This document shows, piece after piece, positions 59,945-64,000 of a DNA stretch of 64,000 bases. The DNA is from Candidatus Harrisonbacteria bacterium CG10_big_fil_rev_8_21_14_0_10_40_38 (GTDB taxonomy: Bacteria > Patescibacteriota > Minisyncoccia > UBA6257 > 1-14-0-10-40-38). The notes under the pieces were generated by a model, which saw nothing but the letters and a program-made list of their open reading frames with translations, made no database searches and was not told the origin of the DNA. The stretch covers positions 89,273-153,272 of the forward strand of contig PFAZ01000001.1 of the NCBI GenBank assembly GCA_002773535.1, given 5' to 3'. Both the position numbers and the translations under genes were made by a program. Every line of letters starts with the position of its first letter. The stretch's first letter is position 1.

Positions 59945-60280
59945 AACTAGATCAATTAGTCGTTACATGTCGCATTTAACATTCCACAATCTTCAGTATT
60001 TAGTTTTCAGTTTCAAGTTTTCGGTTTTTAGTTGTAAGTCTTAAGTCTTAAGTTTTCGTCTTCGGTCATTAGTATTTGGAATTTATTTGTAATTTGGGAT
60101 TTGGAATTTAATTAGGTCAATTAGATTAATTATCATGCCGAAGGCAGATCCTCCTCCGGAGGAGCAATTAGAAATTAGTCGTTAGTCTTCAGTTATTAGT
60201 TTTTAGTTGCTAGTTGCTAGTCTTTAGTTGTAAGTTGTAAGTCACATTGTTTTACATATAACATTTCACATGCCACAATA
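59945..60280 (+). repeat. large composite 7-/9-mer tract with nested palindromic element
   Basis: successive blocks ATGTCGC/ATTCCAC, TTTTCAG/TCTTAAG, TTTGGAA/TTTGGGA, AATTAGGTC/AATTAGATT, TTAGTTG; insert CATGCCGAAGGCAGATCCTCCTCCGGAGG at about 60134-60163. Confidence 0.85.
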
Positions 60281-60285
60281 TTGTT

Positions 60286-61404
60286 ATGAACTTTCTAAGC
60301 AAAGCAAAACAATCAGCTATAAAAAATAAAACATGCATCCTTCGTGCTGGCTTCGACATACAAAATAAAAATGAAACACTCCGTCTCGAAGCCACTCTTC
60401 CCACACTCAACCTTCTTTTAAAAAATGATGCAAAAATTATTATTATCGCTCACCGTGGCCGACCAAAAAAAACATACTCTTTAGGAAAAAAAGTAAAAGC
60501 AAATAAAGACGAAACCCTCGCTGTAACACTTCCCTACTTTAAAAAAAATCTTAAAACCCAAATAACCCTCGTTTCAGATTTTAATCTCAAAACCCTTAAA
60601 GAAAAAATCAAAAAATCAAAACCTAAAACAATCTTCCTTCTCGAAAATATCCGACTTATTAAAGGCGAAGAAAAGGCAGACCCAAAGCTCGGCAAAGCCC
60701 TTTCAGAACTTGGAGATTTTTATATAAATGACGACTTTGCCGCAGCACACAGGTCAAACTCCTCAATAACAGAGATTCCAAAACACATACCATCCTATGC
60801 AGGTCTTCTTCTCGAAGCTGAAATAAACGCACTCAGAAGAGCAACCAGTAAACCCAAAAAACCGTTTGTTGTAATCGTAGGCGGAGCCAAAGTGCCGGAA
60901 AAAATTTCCGTTGTCGGAAAGCTACTGCCAACAGCCCAAACATTCCTCATCGGCGGCATAGTGGCTACAACATTTCTAAAAGCAAAAAACCTTGATATCG
61001 GCAAGTCAAAATTCGATAAAGAAATGATACAAGCCGCTCAAACTCTCGAAAAAAGTAAAAAAATAATTTTACCCGCAGATTATGTCGTTCACAATGACGA
61101 GATTCAGGACATAGGTCCCGGAGCAATAAAAATCTTCAGCACAGAAATTAAAAAAGCATCAACAATCCTCTGGAATGGCCCCATGGGACACTTTGAAGAT
61201 AAAAGATTTAGAAAGGGTTCGGAAATGATTGCGAGAGCAATAGCAAAGAGTAAGGCATTTTCACTGATAGGCGGCGGGGAAACAACAGAATTAATTAGGG
61301 AATTAAAACTTCAAAAGAAGGTTGGCTTTCTCTCAACTGGAGGCGGAGCTATGCTCACCTATCTCGGAGGCGGAGCTATGCCAGCGCTAGAAGCTCTTGG
61401 ATAA
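60286..61404 (+). CDS. pgk: phosphoglycerate kinase
   Basis: HRGRP, LLENIR, GGAKV, WNGPMG, STGGGA. Confidence 0.93.
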   Translation: MNFLSKAKQSAIKNKTCILRAGFDIQNKNETLRLEATLPTLNLLLKNDAKIIIIAHRGRPKKTYSLGKKVKANKDETLAVTLPYFKKNLKTQITLVSDFNLKTLKEKIKKSKPKTIFLLENIRLIKGEEKADPKLGKALSELGDFYINDDFAAAHRSNSSITEIPKHIPSYAGLLLEAEINALRRATSKPKKPFVVIVGGAKVPEKISVVGKLLPTAQTFLIGGIVATTFLKAKNLDIGKSKFDKEMIQAAQTLEKSKKIILPADYVVHNDEIQDIGPGAIKIFSTEIKKASTILWNGPMGHFEDKRFRKGSEMIARAIAKSKAFSLIGGGETTELIRELKLQKKVGFLSTGGGAMLTYLGGGAMPALEALG

Positions 61405-61410
61405 AAGGAC

Positions 61411-61849
61411 AAATTTCTAATTGATCTAATTAACCTAAAAAATGAACAAGAAATTTGATCTTGAAGAAAGAACTGCAAGGTTTGGGGAAAATGTTATTAA
61501 ATTCTGCAAAAAAATTCCCAAAACCCCTATCACAACACCACTGGTTACACAATTAATAAAATCCGGAACAAGTGTTGGCGCAAATTATTGTGAAGCAGAT
61601 GACGCAGAAAGAAGAACGATTTCCGACATAAAATAGGAATCTGCAAAAAAAAAGCTAGGGAAAGTAAACATTTTTTAAGAATGATAAACACTACAAATCC
61701 AGAATTAAAAGATGAGCTAGTAATATTATGGCCAGAAGCAAAAGAATTAAATCTTGATTTCAATAAAATTTATCAACGATTAAAAGAAAAAAAGTAGTTT
61801 AGAAATTGGTTATTAGAAATTAGGTCAATTAGAGCAATTAGATTAATTT
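61411..61849 (+). mobile_element. putative four-helix-bundle element with inverted repeat-array arms
   Basis: left arm 61411-61440 (CTAATT units) is the reverse complement of right arm 61799-61849 (AATTAG units). Confidence 0.55.
61442..61797 (+). pseudogene. four-helix-bundle protein (23S rRNA IVP/Avd-like), frameshifted
   Basis: QLIKSGTSVGANYCEA, 1-bp loss near 61611, then KNDFRHKIGICKKKARESKHFLRM...EAKELNL. Confidence 0.85.
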
Positions 61850-62689
61850 ATGAAAAAAATTATCATTCTCTTCCATGGAAATTGTCACGATGGTTTCGGA
61901 GCCGCATGGGCAGCATGGAAAAAATTCGGCGCCAAAGCAGAATACATTCCAATCCTTCACAACGATCCTCCACCAAAAGGATTAAAAAACAAAAAACTAT
62001 TTTTTCTTGATATCACCTATAAAGGTGAGATATTGGACAAAATAATAAAAGAAAATGACGTTACGATTATAGATCACCATGTAAGCGTAAAAGAAGAAAT
62101 TAAAAAAGCTCCTAATCATGTCTATGGCGAAAAAAATTCCGGATCAGTTCTTGCGTGGCAATATTTTCATCCAAATAAAAAAGCACCATGGCTTCTTCGC
62201 TATGTTGAAGCAGGAGATCTCTGGGATTTTTCACTTCCAAATTCAAATGAGGTTCGTGTCGCTATAGAAACAAATCCTATGGAATTCAAAAAATGGAACA
62301 GGATGCAAACAGAAATCGAAAATCCGCAAAAAAGAAAGACATATATTATTCAGGGAAAAGCGATTCTTACATATAGAGATTCAGAGGTAAACGAACTCGC
62401 AAAAAACGCAGATGTAGGCATTTTCGATAAAAGAAAAATTTGGATTGTAAATTCAGCAACAGAAAGATCAAAAACAGGCGCAGTGCTCGCAGCAAAAAAA
62501 TTTCACATAGCTCTAATCTGGAACAGAGTTGGAAACCAAATCAGAGTTTCTCTTCGATCAGATAGTCATGTTGACGTCTCAAAGATAGCTCAAAAATATG
62601 GCGGCGGGGGCCACAAACAGGCAGCAGGGTTTACCCTAGACGCCTCAAAACCCCTCCCGTGGAGATATGTCAAAAGAGAAAAGAGATGA
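61850..62689 (+). CDS. DHH/DHHA1 phosphoesterase (NrnB-like)
   Basis: CHDG, IDHH, VSLRS, GGGGHKQAAGF. Confidence 0.9.
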   Translation: MKKIIILFHGNCHDGFGAAWAAWKKFGAKAEYIPILHNDPPPKGLKNKKLFFLDITYKGEILDKIIKENDVTIIDHHVSVKEEIKKAPNHVYGEKNSGSVLAWQYFHPNKKAPWLLRYVEAGDLWDFSLPNSNEVRVAIETNPMEFKKWNRMQTEIENPQKRKTYIIQGKAILTYRDSEVNELAKNADVGIFDKRKIWIVNSATERSKTGAVLAAKKFHIALIWNRVGNQIRVSLRSDSHVDVSKIAQKYGGGGHKQAAGFTLDASKPLPWRYVKREKR

Positions 62690-62744
62690 GCGAAAAAAAG
62701 AAAAAAGGAATTTGATCATTATTTAAATTAATTTTAAACTTTAC

Positions 62745-62828
62745 AATGTCATTTTCCATTTTGATTTTTCCATTTTAAACTATCCCTAATTCATTCTTCA
62801 TAACTCATAACCCATGATTCACAATTCC
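62745..62828 (+). repeat. degenerate short-period tract
   Basis: CATTTTCCATTTTGATTTTTCCATTTT, then TTCATAA CTCATAA CCCATGA TTCACAA. Confidence 0.65.
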
Positions 62829-63239
62829 CCTCTCATCATCTATACAGACGGCGGCGCCAGAGGTAATCCCGGTCCTGCAGCGATTGGATATGTTATTGGC
62901 GAAAAAACCTATGGCGAAGCAATAGGCTCCGCAACAAACAATATTGCCGAATACAGCGCAGTAATAGCAGCCCTCAAAAAAGCAAAACTTCTAATCGGAA
63001 AAGACAAAGCAAAAAAAACCGATGTTAAAGTCAACATGGACAGCGAGTTAGTTGTCCGCCAAATGAACGGAGAATATAAAATCAAAGAACCAGAACTCCA
63101 AAAACTATTCATTGAAATCTGGAACTTAAAACTCGACTTTAAGTCTGTCTCCTTTTCACATATCCCAAGAGAGCAAAACCGCGAAGCAGACAGACTTGTA
63201 AACGAAGCTCTAGATAAAGAAAAATCAAAGTTGTTTTAA
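62814..63239 (+). CDS. rnhA: ribonuclease HI
   Basis: DGGARGNPGPA, TNNIAEY, DSELVVRQ, NREADRL. Confidence 0.93.
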   Translation: MIHNSPLIIYTDGGARGNPGPAAIGYVIGEKTYGEAIGSATNNIAEYSAVIAALKKAKLLIGKDKAKKTDVKVNMDSELVVRQMNGEYKIKEPELQKLFIEIWNLKLDFKSVSFSHIPREQNREADRLVNEALDKEKSKLF

Positions 63240-63309
63240 TAAAATACTGCCTACGTCATAAGACGCAGGCAGCACTACCTCTCTCGCCGAGAGGCAAGGC
63301 TGAAGCGGG

Positions 63310-63378
63310 TTAGGCTTCAACGAGACGCTGGATCACCTCTCTTTCAACGAGACCAAGGTTGCTTTTTAGACGAACCAT
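63310..63378 (-). CDS. 22-aa sORF inside a structured ~200-nt transcript (63240-63438)
   Basis: TGCTATAAT promoter, AAGGAG SD, MVRLKSNLGLVEREVIQRLVEA*, several hairpins, terminator. Confidence 0.45.
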   Translation of the reverse strand: MVRLKSNLGLVEREVIQRLVEA

Positions 63379-63530
63379 AGGCGTCTCCTTGTCAAGAAGC
63401 GAATCCACATTTCTGTTTGAGCAACAGAAATGCTTCAAACAAAATTATAGCATAAAATAAAAAATCACCTCGTCTTCGACTTTTTCAAGTCAAAAACAAG
63501 GTGAGTATTCCGTTTGACTGCTTTAAAAAG

Positions 63531-63632
63531 CTAATCAAACCGATTTATCAAAAAACGAATCAAAAAAAACAGAGTCACTACCAAAACTGCAAACAAAAGA
63601 AAAACGAGAACAAAAACCATTCCGAAAGACAT
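63531..63632 (-). CDS. 33-aa hydrophobic peptide
   Basis: GAGGAG SD; MSFGMVFVLVFLLFAVLVVTLFFLIRFLINRFD*. Confidence 0.55.
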   Translation of the reverse strand: MSFGMVFVLVFLLFAVLVVTLFFLIRFLINRFD

Positions 63633-63668
63633 CGATTTTTCTCCTCAAAAAAAGCGAGACATACACCT

Positions 63669-63776
63669 TCACTCTATGTGTGAATCTTCCTCCCAATATT
63701 TATCCTTTAAAGAGTTAAGGAGCCAAAGAACAATACCCATCAAGACCACTAAGACTGAACCTACAACAAACTCCAT
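63669..63776 (-). CDS. 35-aa single-TM peptide
   Basis: GGAGGT SD; MEFVVGSVLVVLMGIVLWLLNSLKDKYWEEDSHIE*; TTTACT-17-CATTAT promoter. Confidence 0.6.
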   Translation of the reverse strand: MEFVVGSVLVVLMGIVLWLLNSLKDKYWEEDSHIE

Positions 63777-63879
63777 AAGACACCTCCAAAAAAACCAATC
63801 AACAATATAATGAATAGAAATATATAAAAAGTAAAGTAAATAACAAAAAACCGCTGGAAATTCCAGACGGTTCTTTGTT

Positions 63880-64000
63880 GTCGGTAGCCTATAAGCCGGA
63901 TTCTGTTTTACCTCGCCGAAGATCTAGCGAAGGCGGATTTTATCTCGCCCGCAAAACTTGGATAGATAAACGATAGCCATCTATCTAGCCCTGCAATTAC
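63880..64000 (-). ncRNA. rnpB: RNase P RNA, 3' part (truncated by window edge)
   Basis: CTAGATAGATGGCT...ACAGAATCCGGCTTAT conserved regions IV/V; terminator at 63845-63872. Confidence 0.9.

Noticed and set aside
59945-60280. CRISPR array or DGR template
   Set aside because: No constant 23-50-bp repeats with unique spacers, no adenine-specific TR/VR pair, and no cas or RT gene in the window

Overview
Low-GC bacterial chromosome segment (standard code, TGA = stop). Gene content and style point to Patescibacteria/CPR, probably Parcubacteria (inference). The backbone is housekeeping: a cell-wall/division run (femAB-like, M23 peptidase, gltX, murG, ftsW, mraY, dac, scpAB), dnaX, a helicase-nuclease, typA, tag, uvrC/uvrA/uvrB, uppP, msrB, surface and glycosylation genes, pyrG, pgk, rnhA, tRNA-Gln and the 3' end of rnpB. 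Three non-gene layers stand out. (1) About 25 small self-contained transcription units (sigma70-type promoter, often a boxA-like motif, payload, GC-rich intrinsic terminator) sit between conserved genes. Some carry orphan ORFs with strong SD sites, whereas many backbone genes look leaderless. About ten carry only a strongly structured putative ncRNA, including a head-to-tail array at 20.7-21.8 kb. (2) A frameshifted four-helix-bundle (Avd/IVS-like) gene is flanked by inverted arrays of degenerate 9-mers. Strand-polarised composite 7-9-mer tracts of the same kind occur across the window, including in frame inside gltX and uvrB. (3) Short palindromic REP-like elements occur in a tRNA fragment, rnpB and uvrA, and a 38-bp palindrome pair brackets a 1.4-kb accessory block. 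All calls were made by eye, with no database search or folding software.
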